Below are positions 50,412 to 64,000 of a stretch of 64,000 nucleotides of DNA, piece by piece (position 1 is the first letter of the stretch; every line of letters begins with the position of its first letter). The notes below the pieces were generated by a model. That model was given only the letters and a program-made list of their open reading frames with translations, was not told the DNA's origin and did no database searches. This DNA comes from Eledone cirrhosa. Taxonomy: Eukaryota. The stretch lies in contig OZ024740.1 in assembly GCA_964016885.1 (NCBI GenBank), positions 143,778,001 to 143,842,000 of the forward strand. Reading direction: 5' to 3'. Position numbers and translations under genes: made by a program.

Positions 50412-50745
50412 TGATGATCATCATCATTTCATTTTACGTCCGCTTTTTCCCTGCTTGCAAGGGTGGGACGGGAACTGATTCTAGCTTGATTTCTACAGCT
50501 GGATGCCCTTCCTAACACCAACCTCATTTACAGTGAGTGCTGGGTGCTTTTTTGCCGTGGCACCTCCACGACCACTTTACAGTGGAATAATAGGGACCCT
50601 ATCATCTCATTTCTACAGCTGAGTAAACTGGAGCAATGTGAAATAAAGTGCCTTGCTCAAGGAAACAACACATCACCCGGTCTGAGAATTGAACTCACAA
50701 CCTTTCGATTGCAAGGCCAATGCTCTAACCACTAAGCCATGTGCC
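50412..50745 (-). mobile_element. SINE family A
   Basis: Reverse complement of the 18385 and 23138 copies. Confidence 0.9.
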
Positions 50746-51611
50746 TCGAGATATTTTGGCACCCTTTTTTACATAGATGTTGAAGTTGGCGACAATTGGC
50801 AAACTATTGACCTCGAATATAAGTCTACATCGCATGTTATCATCAATTTTTTTTCTCATATATTTCTCAGCTTATACACAAGTATATAGAATAATTGTGT
50901 AGATAAAATTATAAAAGAGATTCTTACTTTATATAGTGTATAAAATTAAGATTTGCATGAAAATTTAAACATTTTATATTGAAAATCTTTCATCCTAACT
51001 GGAGTGACAATCATGGTTTATTAATTAACAAATATCCTACCTATCCTATTCTTTAAATTGAGAACTATTTAACAGAAAACAAATGTGGCATAAATTATGA
51101 TGCAAATCATCAAGTATTTTAACCCATTAGCATTTAAACCAGCCATATACAGCCAGAATTCTCTCACCTCTTTCTGTTCAAACTGGCTGTAACCAGCACC
51201 TCATACTGATGCTAAAGGTATTGTTCTCAAAATAAATAACAAAATCTCATAGATTATGTGAAATAATTATATAAGGTAAAGCGTTTACCACAAAAATACA
51301 ATAGAGTAATGTAAATGCTAAAGGGTTAACGCTGGGGTTAGTTTTGCAGGTCTCATGAGAAGCTTCTCCATTTTTCCTTATCATCTGCATACCCAATTAC
51401 CTTGATTTCCTCCTCCATCATCTTTAACCATGTCTTTCTTAGCCTTCCCCTGTCTTTACTTCTTTCCTCATTCATTTCCATTACACCTCATTCAGTCATC
51501 TTCAACCTTTCTCAACACATGACCCAACCCATCTCATTTCATTTGTCTTCACAACATTCATCACTGGTTCTATTTCCATCATTCCAAATTATGATGTAAA
51601 TAATAACATAC

Positions 51612-51675
51612 CTTGTCAACAACTAAAGAAGCAGCATCTTTCTTTCCTGATTTCATAACCATATTTGTGAATTTA
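51612..51675 (-). CDS. MRPS7: MRPS7 exon 3
   Basis: tgcag|(A)KFTNMVMKSGKKDAASLVVDK|gtatgt, 64 nt; uS7 KF.N..M..G.K motif. Confidence 0.93.
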
Positions 51676-52299
51676 CTGCAATCAGTTTGTAAATCATTAT
51701 AAACAGGAAAATAAATATAACATCTGGTTCAAAATGAGAATTTTTCTGACAATTGATAGTAAGATGTGCCTGTAATTCCTACAATCAATTTATAAATTTT
51801 AGTTTTTGTGCAGAACAACAATCATAATCATTTCCCTACCAAATACTAATTATGACAGTGTATTGCTCCCTTATGTTTCTCACACAATTCACCATACGGA
51901 CTATTTTTGCAGTGCAATAGTGTAACACCTTTCTTTGGATGATAGTATGTCTCAGGACACAAGTTTAAACTTAAAATTAGTGTACATGTGTAATGGTTTT
52001 ATTCAGTCTCACAACTGACATTCGTTAACACTTTCATGACCACATTTCTAATGAAATAAACTGTATCTAAATAAATTATGGAAGAATTTTGAGGGATTTA
52101 CTATTCTTTCATTATTAAAATGGTATTTGTAATATAACTTGAACAAAAATTTCTTATATCAAATTATGTTGGAAGATTTTAATTTAAATAGGAATTTATT
52201 TAATATGGATGGCTTTGTTAATTAGAACCAGTAGCAATTTTGGGAAGGTTGGTATCAAAAGAGTTAAGAATATAGAAACAAAATGTAATATATACTAAC

Positions 52300-52473
52300 G
52301 CAAGAATTGGATCATACAAAATGGAAGTTGTCTCTTCATTGCATGCAGCTTTGATAGGACGATATTTTCTCTCATCTGTTTCATCTAGTTCTTTGGATAA
52401 TTCTTTCTTAGAGATTGTTGGAGGTAAATATCTGGGGCTCCATATTGAACTCCTCAAAGGAATCAAAGACCAC
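52300..52473 (-). CDS. MRPS7: MRPS7 exon 2
   Basis: ctgcag|(R)WSLIPLRSSIWSPRY...PIKAACNEETTSILYDPIL(A)|gttagt, 174 nt; splice phases are consistent with exon 3. Confidence 0.9.
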
Positions 52474-52509
52474 CTGCAGCAAAATAAGAAAAATAAAATC
52501 ATATTCTAG

Positions 52510-52890
52510 CTATTATGCTCTGGGAGCATAATAGCTAGAATAAGGATAGGATGGAAAAAGTTCAGAACTACTCCCAATGTTGACCACAAAAGGTTTCTCC
52601 CTACGTACAAAAGGATGACTGTATGATGCCTGTGTGCAAAAAGCAATGTTGCATAGTAGTGAAACATAGGTTGTGATTGCAGAAGACATGTGTAGACTGG
52701 AGAAAAATGAAGCAGGTTTGTTTTGTTGGCTGCGCAATATAAATGTGAGAGAAAGGCAGAACTTGGATGAGGCAGAACTTAGATGAAGCTGGGTTTAAGA
52801 GGAATCTGAGGTACGCACATGTGATGTACATGGATGATAATCGATGGGTGAAGAAGTGCCAGGAAATGTCAGTGGAAGGAATCTGATCTG
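52510..52890 (+). mobile_element. RTE LINE fragment
   Basis: RIRIGWKKF..GFSLRTKG.LYDAC. Confidence 0.8.
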
Positions 52891-53121
52891 AGGTATAAAC
52901 CACTGGCACTTATGCATATATACAAGCATAAATATATACACACATATTGTTTAACATCTATTTTCCACACTTGCATGCTTAGACAGGTTGTCACGTTATG
53001 GGGCCAGACAGATCAGGTGACTACATCTTGCTCATATAATCAGAAACCATACAAGACGCAAGTAATAGCAAGAAGCATACACACAAATATATGTATGTTT
53101 TCCTTGTTTTTAAACCCTTTC

Positions 53122-55425
53122 ATGATCATCATCATCTTCATTTAACGTCTATCTTCCTATCTTCCACGCTAGCATGGGTTAGACGGGAGTTGTTCCACTT
53201 AAAGCAAGGTTGGTCGGGTGACCGTGTCTCGCTCGTATAGGACTATCTGGCAGGTTTTCTACGGCTGGATGCCCTTCCTAACACCAACCATATTTACAGT
53301 GTGGAACTGGGAACTTTTTACCGTGTTACCTATATGGCCACATTACAGCGTGGACTGTGTTTTTTTGTTGTGACACCTACACGATCTCAATCTCATTATC
53401 TCATTAATTTAGACTGGATGTTGTGGTACCAACTTTACAGAGAGAGGGCGGTGTTGGTGGGAGTGGCAGGATAGGGTAGGGGTAGTGGATTGGGTGTATA
53501 TTTGGTTAAGAGGTGCCTACTGACTATAGGTTTCTCTTTGTACATAGGCAAGGTGGGTCTTCTGTATTACTGCATAGCACCAAAGATCTCGGTCCAGTGA
53601 CATTGTCTTAGAGAGGTGCAAGTGTGTAAGGTCAGAATTTATCAAATCGTCCCAGGTTTTTCTGGGTCTACCTACTCCGTAACTACCATCAATTTTGATC
53701 GCCCTGCACTTTTTTATACAGTTCCTTTCATGCGTTCCTCTCCAGTCTGCGCAGGTCTCACTGCCATGTAGCATTGCTGAACATGGCCATTTCGCTGAGG
53801 GCATCTGTGCCCTATTTTCCTTTCTACAAACTAGAACTTTAGTCATAGACAAGTTAAGTTTAAGGCCTTTTGATTCTAGGCCATGCTTCCATGTTTGGAA
53901 TTTCTTCTCTAGTTCAGCCATAGATTCAGCTATGAGAGTTAGATCATCTGAATATAGGAGTTCCCATGAGCAGCCGGTCTTAAACTCCTCTGTTATAGCC
54001 TGAAGGGCAATAATAAATAGGAGGAGGCTAAGGACAGAGCCTTGATGAACACCAACTTTTACACTAAATTCTTCACAATATTCATTGTTAATTCTAACCT
54101 TACTGACTGTTTCTTTATACATAGCTTGTATAGCTCTCACAAGCCATTCATCTACACCTACTTTTCTAAGAGCCCACCATATAATGGAGCGGGGGACTCT
54201 GTCGAAGGCTTTCTCCAAGTCAATAAAAGCTAAGTAGAGGGGTTTACTTTTATCTAGGTACTTCTCCTGTAGTTGCCGTACAAGGAAAAGAGCGTCTGTG
54301 GTACTTTTACCTGACACAAACCCAAACTGCATTTCATCTAGATCAATTCGCTCTCTGATTAGTTGTGCTATAACTCTTTCTGTGACCTTCATGACCTGGT
54401 CAACTAACTTAATGCCTCTAGTTTCCCCTATCTAGAGCATTCCCTTTACCCTTGTAGCAGTTAATGATGATGCTGCTACGCCAGTCTTTTGGTATGACCC
54501 CATTCTGTATTACTTAGTTAACTATACGGGTGACCATAGTGTATCCCACCATTCCAGATGCCTTCAACATCTCAGCAACTATCTCCGAAGGCCCGGTTGC
54601 CTTGCCTGTCTTCATATCTTTGATTGCCTTACTTTTTATACTACCTTTAACTTGCACCGCTGGTCCTTCTATTGGATCGATTTGGGGCAGACTATCTTTT
54701 TCCCATTTATTCTCCTCATTTAATAGTCTCTCGTAGTGGCACTTCCAAGCTATCTTCTTATCAGTATCAGTGAGGGCAAGTACACCGTTATCATTATGGA
54801 CACACTTCTCCCCGACAATATCACGGTTTTCCTTGACACATTGTCTAGCAATCCTGAACACCTCACATTTTTGGTCCTCACGTTATAGAACATGCTTGAA
54901 CTTTCTATCCTCTGCTTCCCTTTTTGCAAGGTACACTTATCTCCTAGCTTCTCTCCTGGCCACTTGATAGTGTTCTCTACTTCCCCCATCCTGCCATACT
55001 TTCCAAGCCAGCTTTTTTGCCTTGATTGTCTCCTCCACCTTACTGTTCTACCACCAAGTTACTCCTCCTGCTAATAGGTCTGCTCCAGCCACAGATTTCA
55101 TCCGTTGCTTTCAGCAGGTTCACTTTCAAGAATTCCCAGTTCCTCTATATTGCACATCTCTAATTGCTCTTCCTTACTGTCAAAAGCATCAAGTAATAAG
55201 CTTTTAAATTTGTCATTGGCTGTGGGGTCCTTCAACTTCCATATTCTTCTCCTCAAGGTAGTCCTCCTCTGTCGTTGCGTACGTCTATTCCTGACTATGG
55301 GGTCATTAACTACTAGGCTATGTTGGGAGGTGCATTCTTCACAGGGGAGAGATTTAGTGTTTACAACAGACACTTTGTCACGTCTTCTAGTAAGGATATA
55401 ATCTATCTGCCTGGCGTGTTCCCCT
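53122..55425 (-). mobile_element. RTE LINE with internal deletions and 3' UTR
   Basis: ORF 53517-54392 (QFGF, DLEKAFD, YSDD) jumps from WPCS to MLHGSET; same subfamily as the 15713 and 31036 copies. Confidence 0.92.
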
Positions 55426-55959
55426 CATATTTCTAATGAAAATATTAATATTAATTTTGAAAATAATCAAGAATTTGCAGAGATTTAGTAATAAAACTAT
55501 ATATTTCTTATTATTAAGCTGTTGCTTGGAGCATAAATTAACAAATGTTCTTAGGGAACGTTTTTATATACATATAAACATTTTAAAATATATAGCTTAG
55601 TATCATAGAACTAGAGGTAGTTTCAAACAGTTTGGGTTCAAAAGGGTTGAATACACATGCAGAAACTACAAATACAATAAAACAAAAAAATAAATTATTT
55701 CTCTATTCATATTTATATGCAAAACCAGTATAGGCACAGACTGCCAAGCACAAACATTCTCAAATTGTACACTTAAGGTGACATGTTACACAGCCATTTT
55801 CCTGTTTGCAGGTGTTGAAGGGTCAATCGGTGAATTTGATAGTTATGTTGTTAAACCCAGGTATGCCTGTCTTTTTTCCAGAACAGAATAGTACACAAAG
55901 TGAAGGCTCAATAGACGAGACAAATAACGTTGGCAAGCCTGATTTTTTTTTCTGTTGGG

Positions 55960-57990
55960 AGTCTGGAGGACTAGAATAAACAGGAGTGGGCTAAGAACTA
56001 AACCCTGATGTATATGTATCACTAAACTCATTTCCTATTCTCACTTTACTTACAGCTCCTCGGTGCATGGCTTGCACTGCTTTTACAAGCCACTCTTCTA
56101 CACCTAGTGTTAAGAACCATGAGATGAATAATCAGAGTATTCTGTCAAAGGCTTTCTCTAAATCAACAAAAGCTGGATATAGAGGCTTACTCTTAGCTAT
56201 GAACTTCTTTTGTAGCTGTCTTACTAAAATGAAAGCATCTGCCGTGCTCCTCCCTGGCATGAAACTGAATTGCATCTAATCTAATTTGACTCTTTCCCTA
56301 ATTCATCATCATCATCATCATCATTATTTTATGTCCGCTTTTCCCTGCTTGCAATGGTTGGACTATAATTAGTTGTGCTAAAACTTTTTCTGTCACTTTC
56401 ATAACCTGATCTGTTAGTTTTATTCCCCAGTCGTTGCTCCTTTCTAGTGCATCAACTTTTCCCTTGTAACAATTTATGCTCCTGCACCATTCATTATGTA
56501 TGGCCCCGTCTGGTATTACTTCATTGACTCTGAAGATGACTAGTTCAACTCCTACTTCTCCAGATGCTTTCAGCATCTCAGTGACTATCTCAGATGATCT
56601 CGCGGCTTTACCATTTTTCATCACCTTGATTGCTTCTTTGACCCTACAACTGTCAATTTCGATAGCTGGTCTCTCAGTTGGATTAGTTAGGAGTAGCCTC
56701 ACTTCCTCACATTCATTAACCTCTCATGGTAGCTTTTCTAGGCCTCTTTCTTTTGAGTGTCAGTGATGCTCAGTGCACCAGTGTCATTTCAAACACACTT
56801 TTTCCCAACAATATCCTGATTTACACTGTCACACTGCCTTGCAATGCAGAACACCTCACCTCTCTGAGCTTCATGTCACAAGGCATTGGCATACCTCCTT
56901 CTTTCAGCTGCTTTTTGTGCTATATATACCTATCGCCTAACCTCTCTTTTAGCTACCAGCGATTGGACTTTGCTGCCACCATTTTGCCACGCCTGTCTCT
57001 TGACTTTAATGGCTCTATCTGCTGTGCTGTTCCACCACCAGGTCATCCTCTATGTGGTTGGTGCTTTGCTCCAGCCACGTTTTTTCAGTAGTCTGTAAGT
57101 AGGTTATCATGTAGGAACTTCCAATTGTCCTCTATCTTGTCTTTCTTCTCATATGCCTCAAGTAAAGCATTCCTGAACTTACACTTAACAGAAAGGTCCT
57201 TTAGCCTCCAAACTTTCCTCCTACAGATTTTCCTGTTTCCTCTTCAGTCTTGAACTTTTGATTTGCAAATTACTAACTTCTGTTGGGCAGTGCATTTTTC
57301 TCCATAGAAGGGCTTAATATTTTTAACAATCTGTGTATCTCGATTTTTACAAGTATGAAGTCAATCTGGCTCATGTGTTTGCCTGACTGGCAGATGATCA
57401 GTTGGCTGGCCAGTTTCCTGAAGTTAGAGTTGCAAAAGGTTAAATTATTTGCATCACAAAATTCCAGGAGCCTCGTTCCCTCTTCATTTCTTGAACAATG
57501 GCCATAACCACTGTGTAGTAATCCTTGTGCTGTCCAACATGTCCATTAAAGTCGCCTTCTATAACGATAAGGTCTCTGCTATCAGTAACTGAGGTTGTCT
57601 GTAGAAGTTGTTCATAAAAGCAGTCCTTTTGTTCCTTGCTTAGTCCTGCTTGTGGTGCATAGTTAGAGATAATTACTGTCATTTTATTGCCTATGGCTAT
57701 TCTAAGTTTGATAATTTTGTCACTTACTCAACTACTTCAATTACCTAATCTACCCACTTTTCTGCTAGTAGGATACCTATTCCACCTACCCCATTGTCAT
57801 TACCTACCCAGAAGAGCTTGTATCTATGGTGCTTGCCTGTGAGAAGTATTGCAGAGGCGCTACTCAATCTCACCTCCTGAACACAGCATACATCTACTCA
57901 TCGCTTCTCAAGCAACTCCACAATTTCAACTGATCTACTTTCAGTGTGCCTATATTGAGTGTAGCAGCTCTGAGATGAGTTACCTGGTAA
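55960..57990 (-). mobile_element. Old RTE LINE (EN plus RT start)
   Basis: YAPQAG, GDFNGHVG, GKAA and YKGK motifs with many disruptions. Confidence 0.85.
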
Positions 57991-58347
57991 TGGTGATTTG
58001 GTTCTTTTGTAGTTCTTTGAACTTGCAATCAATGAAAGATTTATGTGTTGTACTTTGCATAGTTTTGGGAAGGTTTTACTGGCTGGATGCCCTTCCTATC
58101 ACTAACCACTTTAGAGCATGGACTGGGTGCATTATACGTGCCACCAGCACTAAAGATTTTGTTAAACGGGACTGAAGGGTCTTCCCTACCCTGTATTAAT
58201 TTTTATTCAGAGTGACTGTTCTTTTAGATCAGTTGCCTTCTCCATTCTTCGGCATTTTCAGTGACGGGTGTCGTTAAAAAATCACGGATAACTTATTTAC
58301 TGTTGTTTTTTATCATTTTGGTCACCACAAACCCCCTTTTGCTATAC

Positions 58348-58443
58348 CTTAGCGATTTCGAAAGAGAAAATAAACGACTTCTAGCACGGAAACTGCCGAA
58401 GTAATTCTTTTCGTTGCATAGACCTAAGACGAAAGGTCGCCAT
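58348..58443 (-). CDS. MRPS7: Probable MRPS7 exon 1 (mitochondrial presequence); frame ambiguous
   Basis: AAATGGCG start context at 58443. The donor AAG|GTATAG at 58348 needs a 1-nt deletion to be in frame; a weaker in-frame donor TAG|GTCTAT lies at 58424. Confidence 0.55.
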
Positions 58444-59378
58444 TTAAAATTCGTTCAGTATAGTGTATTTTCTGGATACGAAACAAATTTACACACTGTT
58501 GTCAATTCACTTTCACATTCAACATATCAAAAAAGAAAAATAGCCCACTTATTTTGGGGAAAAGTTATCTTTCTCTGAATGATTTTTTTGTGAATGTTTT
58601 CGATACCAACCGGCTCCTCCACGACAAACGGTATTTTTTTTATTATTACACCCTTCTTCTAGACGAGTGAAGGAACCATAGAAAGCACTTATTTACAAGT
58701 TTTGAGGGCCATATTCGTTCAAAACACATCAGAAACCACAGGAAAACATAAAGTTCATCTTCGGGTGTAATAATAAAAAAATTACTTAGAAAAGAAAAAA
58801 TCTTGCCTAAGGCTACGATAAAACTTGCAGATTTCATTAGTTCCATTTTATTGACGGGTTTTCTTTTCCTTGTATTTCACTTTCATTTTTTTGCCTGCCA
58901 TTTAATTTTTAAATATATTGAGGATGTTTGGTTCATTAACATAATTTCCTGGACCTGATTTCGACAGTTGTGCCTAATCACTTATTGGTGACAATAGGTC
59001 TTACTAATAAAAACAATATTTTACAATTCGTGTTCACGTGTTGTTAAAGTAAATTAAATTTCGATCCTTTCCAACAAACTGGGGATTTTAAAAGGGTGAA
59101 GGAAATATGACTGACATCCATGCGTTTTCAAGGGCATAAACAATTAGAAAACAACTCCCGTGTACACGAAGCTGTGATTTTATGGCACTCGCAACAAGTT
59201 TAAATAAATGTCAACCATTATACAAAATATGAAATTACCTGATTACATAAGCTGGATCTGTAAATAAAGTTTTTCCAATTTTGTTGATGACATTCAGACA
59301 AATAGACGTACTCATTACGAAAAACACGTGTATTTTTCTAGAATAGAAAACAATCAAGATGAGATAACTCTATATAAT

Positions 59379-59566
59379 GATTTCTAGTATAGGCAGAAGG
59401 CCAGTAATTTGGGAGAAGGAAAGTCGATTAAATCGACCGCAGTACGTAACTGGTGCTTTATTTTATCGACCCCGTAAGGATGAACTTAACCTCGACGGGA
59501 TTTGAACTCAGACTGTAAGGGACAGTAACTTTATGCTGCAAAGCATGGTGTCCGACTCTCTACCTC
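59379..59566 (-). mobile_element. SINE family B, 5'-truncated
   Basis: 15-bp TSD ATAACTCTATATAAT at 59364-59378 and 59567-59581. Confidence 0.85.
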
Positions 59567-61163
59567 ATAACTCTATATAATAAACTTATTTTCGTATTGA
59601 TTCAAAAATAATTTAGGTATTTCATTCAGACGGAGGAAGAATGTTAATTTTTGTTTCATCACGAAAGCACATTTTCAATAAATGTATTTGTTCGGTGTGG
59701 TCGGAACACTTATGGGATTTGGAATAAGGCCCGTCGTCGTAATTTTTTTTTTTTTTTATTCGAAAATAGTTTCCAAATTGCAATTCTGTTACATATATTT
59801 GTGTGTGTAGAGAGAGAGAAATAGTAGTTATTTAGGTGTAGCGAGAGATGATTTGGTGATGTGATTATTGGGCCGGTTGTATTCATTTGTGGATTGCTTT
59901 GGGGTGTTGTCACTGTTGGGTAGTGTGTAGACGAAGGGAAATTGTGCCCTGTGCTTATGCGACTAGAGATTACTGGTGTGCAAGTGAGCAACAGTATTCA
60001 TTATGATGATTCCTTGGGTAAGTGATTTACCTTGATCACATAGGTAATGAAATAAAAACCAAATCGCTACTTAAATATTTTTATTAATTTAATAACCTGC
60101 TACGACAATATAGAAAACAAGGTCGTGTTGTGTTCCCTTCCAAACCCTCGTTGGGGTCTCGAGATACGCAATCTTTGTGCGTCCATCTCACGCCTCTCAT
60201 GTCAGGTTGCAGGCCTATCGCCAGTTTTTACGGCATGAAATAGAGACTGCAATATATTTTTCGAACAAGCACCTCTACCTAAGGCCTGAATGCGTCCCTT
60301 GTTAACCCGCGCGAAGGACGGTGCGGTATGGTTCTTTTTCGTACCTCTCACCATATTGCGATTTTGGTGATCATATTTATGCCAGTCACCAATCTGGTAC
60401 TTTCTCAAACCCGTGAAGATTATTATTTTTTTTTTAGAGGCAGCCTTTACTCGTCTTGTCATAGCTACATCACTGGGTTGTGAGAGTTTTTCGGGGAGCT
60501 ATAGGTGTTGCCTATTGTTCCATCTCTCCTAGCGATCGGATTCTTTCAGTCATTACCCAAGATTCATGACCATAGGTAAGGTTTGGCCTGAATACTGAAC
60601 TGAAGATAGCAAGTTTGGCTTTTACACCTTCTGATTACCAAATGCTGAGGTTCGTGCATTACTGCACCACTCCTGCAATTTTTGCACTTAATTCAGCTTT
60701 CCATGATTCATCAACAAGGCCCTAAGATATTTTTACTTCTCCACCTACTTCAGTGGAATTCCATTTGTATGTAGAGTGCACTGCACAGGCCTCCTTCAGA
60801 GGACAAGCGTATTGGTCTTCGCAGCACTGATTTTCATTCCAGCAGCACTCAGCATCAAACCTATTAAGTCACTCACAAACACTACTGATATCAATAGCCA
60901 AGTGGAACCTGTCACATGGTTGGGTTGCCAGCAACCCCACTAAGCTTGCATGGTAAGGAGGGTCATCTAATAAAGCTCCTAGAAAAGATGGCATCCCTCT
61001 TGAAATGTTCAAATATGGTGGTCAAAAACTGGTTTGTAAGCTTTTTAGAAGGTTGGTATCAGTGTATATATTATTAAAAAGAACAATAATGGCTGGTGCA
61101 TGTTTGTACAATGGTTTTACTTCACAGAAGTCAATAATAATGATAGAAACATTTTTTACCACG

Positions 61164-61532
61164 TGTCGTGATGGTGAGTTGGTCGCAACTCCCAGACTGG
61201 AGCATATAGAGAAGAGAGAGAAAAGACAGGAGTCATTTCTTCATAAGACATGATTCATCTCTAGTGAGAGAAAGCAGAAATCTTCTCTTCGTAAGGTTGA
61301 AGTGGTCGTTTCAGCTGCGGCGTAGGAAGTGAGAGAATGAATTGCCCCAAGCTCCCAAATATATAGTCCCCATGGGGACGTAACTCCATTTAGTTCATGG
61401 ATGTACCACTAGGGGTCACGACCGTGACAAAGGGACACTTAGTTCATGGTTGTGACACTAGGGGGTCACGACCATCGCAAAGGGACGCAACTCTTATCCG
61501 TTCTGAGTTCCAGTCGTAAGGGGGTCGCTACA
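61164..61532 (-). repeat. 3' LTR of Gypsy element
   Basis: TGTAGCG...CGACA termini on the minus strand, preceded by the polypurine tract GGAGGAGGGTAC (61533-61544). Confidence 0.8.
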
Positions 61533-64000
61533 GTACCCTCCTCCAGACGATAGGTGAAAAGCCCGAAGGTAATTGTAGCGAACCCACAAGCATGGGCTAC
61601 AAGCACAGGCATGAAACAGCAACGAAAACTGAAAAGGTATATGTATACATAGCTCAATAAAAGAAAGAGAAAAACAAAAAAAAAGGCTCCATTGGTCAGT
61701 TCACATAAAAACAGTTTGGCAGAGTTTTGGGGGCCAGTGGACTCTTCGACCGGAACGGGTCGTGGTCTTGTATGTAGGTGAAGGTGGGGCAAAAGGAGCA
61801 GGTGTATGCACAAAGGAGAAAGATTGGGGTATTTGTGGCTCAGGTGTATGAGCGTCAGTGTATGCCCTTTTTAGTCTATCCACCGAAATTGTCTCTCTGG
61901 ACCCCTTTATGTCTACAGTGAAATGTTTGTCAGTGCGCGCTAACACACAGTAGGGTCCAGAGTACGGCTGTGTGAGGGGTGGAGTAACAGCGTCGTTTCT
62001 GACGAATACATGTGTCCACGAGGCAATATCGCTTGGGACTGCAGCTTTAATAGTTTGTTTCTTAGTATTCATGGGCGGTAAGTCCTGAAAATAGGAGCAT
62101 AAACGAGCTACGTAGGAAAGAGGATCCTGAAAAGCAAGATCAACAGGGGCAAGCATTTGCCCAGGCAACGCTAGAGGAGCACCATACAGTAATTCGGCCG
62201 GGGAGAACCCAAGGTCCTCCTTTATTGATGACCGAATTCCTAACAACACAATAGGAAGGTACTCGCTCCAACGTTGAGAGTCTGGATAGGCGCGAAGAGC
62301 GGCCTTTAATTGGCGGTGGAATCGTTCCACCATTTCGTTCGAAGCAGGATGATAAGCTGTGGTCCGAATCTGTTGAGCACCAATGATCTTTGTCAGCTCA
62401 GAGAAGAGATGAGACTCAAATTGTCTACCACGGTCTGTGGTGACTGTTGTTGGCACGCCAAAGCGGACAATCGACCCTGACACCAGGGCACGCGCTGTAG
62501 TCTCAGCGGTAATGTCTTTTAAGGGGATGGCTTCAGGCCATCGCGAAAAACGATTGATGCAAGTCAAGAGGTAAGAATATCCACTACTGAATGGCCAAAG
62601 ACCAACGATATCGATGTGGATATGTTGAAACCGAGCATCTGGAGTACTGAAAGCACCAAGTGGAGTCCAGATGTGTCTGTGGACTTTAGATGTTTGACAC
62701 TGTGTGCAGGAACGGCACTAGACAATCATTTCTCGCTTCATATTGGGCCAGAAAAATTTAGCCGTTATGAACTTTACTGTGGCTGAAATTCCTGGGTGAG
62801 AAATGCTGTGCAAAGCAAGGAACACAATTCGACGGTGAGTCTCAGGAACATTAGGTTGTGTTGAATCCGTAGATACATCACATAGAATCTGCCTGTCGGT
62901 GGTCGACAAGGGCAGATATTTGAAGATGCAAGTCGCAAACTCGGCAGAATGAGTATCCAACGATTGGAATGCAGGTTGGTCTGCAGCTAAACGACTTAAG
63001 TCGATCTCCTGGGATGACGAGATGGAGCTGATTGGCAAACGTGACAATGCGTCTGCAGCTGTGTTAAGCGACCCAGCAATGTGCTGGATATCATTTGTAA
63101 ATTGCGAAACGTAATCCAGGTGCCTTGTCTCTCTGGGTGAATATCTGTCGGCTTTAGCCCTCAAAGCGAAGGTCAGAGGTTTGGGGTCAGTTAAAACAGT
63201 AACATTTCTCCCCTCAAGAATATGAGAGAAATGTTTCACCGACAGATATATGGCTAATAATTCCCGCCCAAACGTGCTGTAACGCATTTCTGTTGGTTTC
63301 AGCTTCCTTGAGAAAAATGCCAAAGGTTGTTGGTTTCCAGCGTTGTACTGCTGTAAAACTGCTCCCACAGCGGTATCAGATGCATCAACACAAAGCGAAA
63401 GCTTGGCCTCTGGTACCGAGTGGGCTAGCAAAGATGAACTCGCAAGTGCTGTCTTGGCAGTCTGGAAGTCTTGAAGCTGTCCTTGTGTCAAGGAAATATC
63501 CTCAAATTAGCACAATGAGGAACGAAACGCCTATAGAAATTGATTCGGCCTAAGAAGTGACGCAACTGGTGAAGTGTAGTAGGCGGAGGTAAATCCTGTA
63601 TGGCTTGAACTCGCTGAGGGAGCGGCCTAATACCTTCGGCATCGATGGGTGGCCTAAAAAATTTAGCGAAGTGGAACCGAAAACACACTTTGCGGGATTC
63701 ACACGAACGCGGTAATCCTGAAGTCGCCGAAATAAAAGATGCATGTGGCGCATATGCTCTTCCGGAGAGGAACTAGTGACGAGAAGATCGTCTATGTATG
63801 CATAAACGAAGTCCAGACCACGACTGACTTCGTCTATGAACCGCTAAAAAGTGTTAGCGGCGTTCCTGAGTCCGAAAGGCATGGTCAAAAATTCGAAGGA
63901 TCTGAAAGGAGTTGTGATCGCGGTTTTCAGAATATTCTCCTTCCTGACCGGAATTTGGTGGTAGGCTCGCACTAAATCTAGTTTTGAGAAAATCTTACAC
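61164..64000 (-). mobile_element. Ty3/Gypsy LTR retrotransposon (RT, RNase H, integrase), degenerate; continues beyond the window
   Basis: [53 protein letters not shown] and GPY motifs; a stop at ~63845 and frameshifts. Confidence 0.95.

Overview
Eukaryotic, AT-rich, repeat-dominated genomic DNA. It is most likely from a coleoid cephalopod (Octopus-like), inferred from the tandem [16 protein letters not shown]2H2 zinc-finger copies, tRNA-derived SINEs with (GAT)n tails, RTE LINEs and long TA/GT microsatellites. One host gene is clear: a six-exon mitochondrial ribosomal protein S7 (MRPS7/uS7m) on the minus strand (~42.6-58.4 kb); its first exon is ambiguous. There are also two decayed C2H2-ZNF copies. 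The rest is mobile DNA: many RTE LINE copies (one family has a PHD finger inside the RT), a CR1-like LINE, five Penelope-like element (PLE) remnants (four Naiad-like, one Neptune-like), a hAT transposon, a Gypsy 3' end, three solo LTRs, SINEs and two tandem arrays. The most striking unannotated signal is about 12 minimal type-I hammerhead ribozyme (HHR) motifs, read by eye. Several lie in non-coding 330-510 bp tandem units or near-perfect 0.4-0.8 kb palindromes with no adjacent PLE ORF, and several share an upstream octamer (ATGCAAAT) motif. These are candidate retrozyme-like or non-autonomous PLE RNAs. All calls are manual, no searches were run, and repeat boundaries are approximate.
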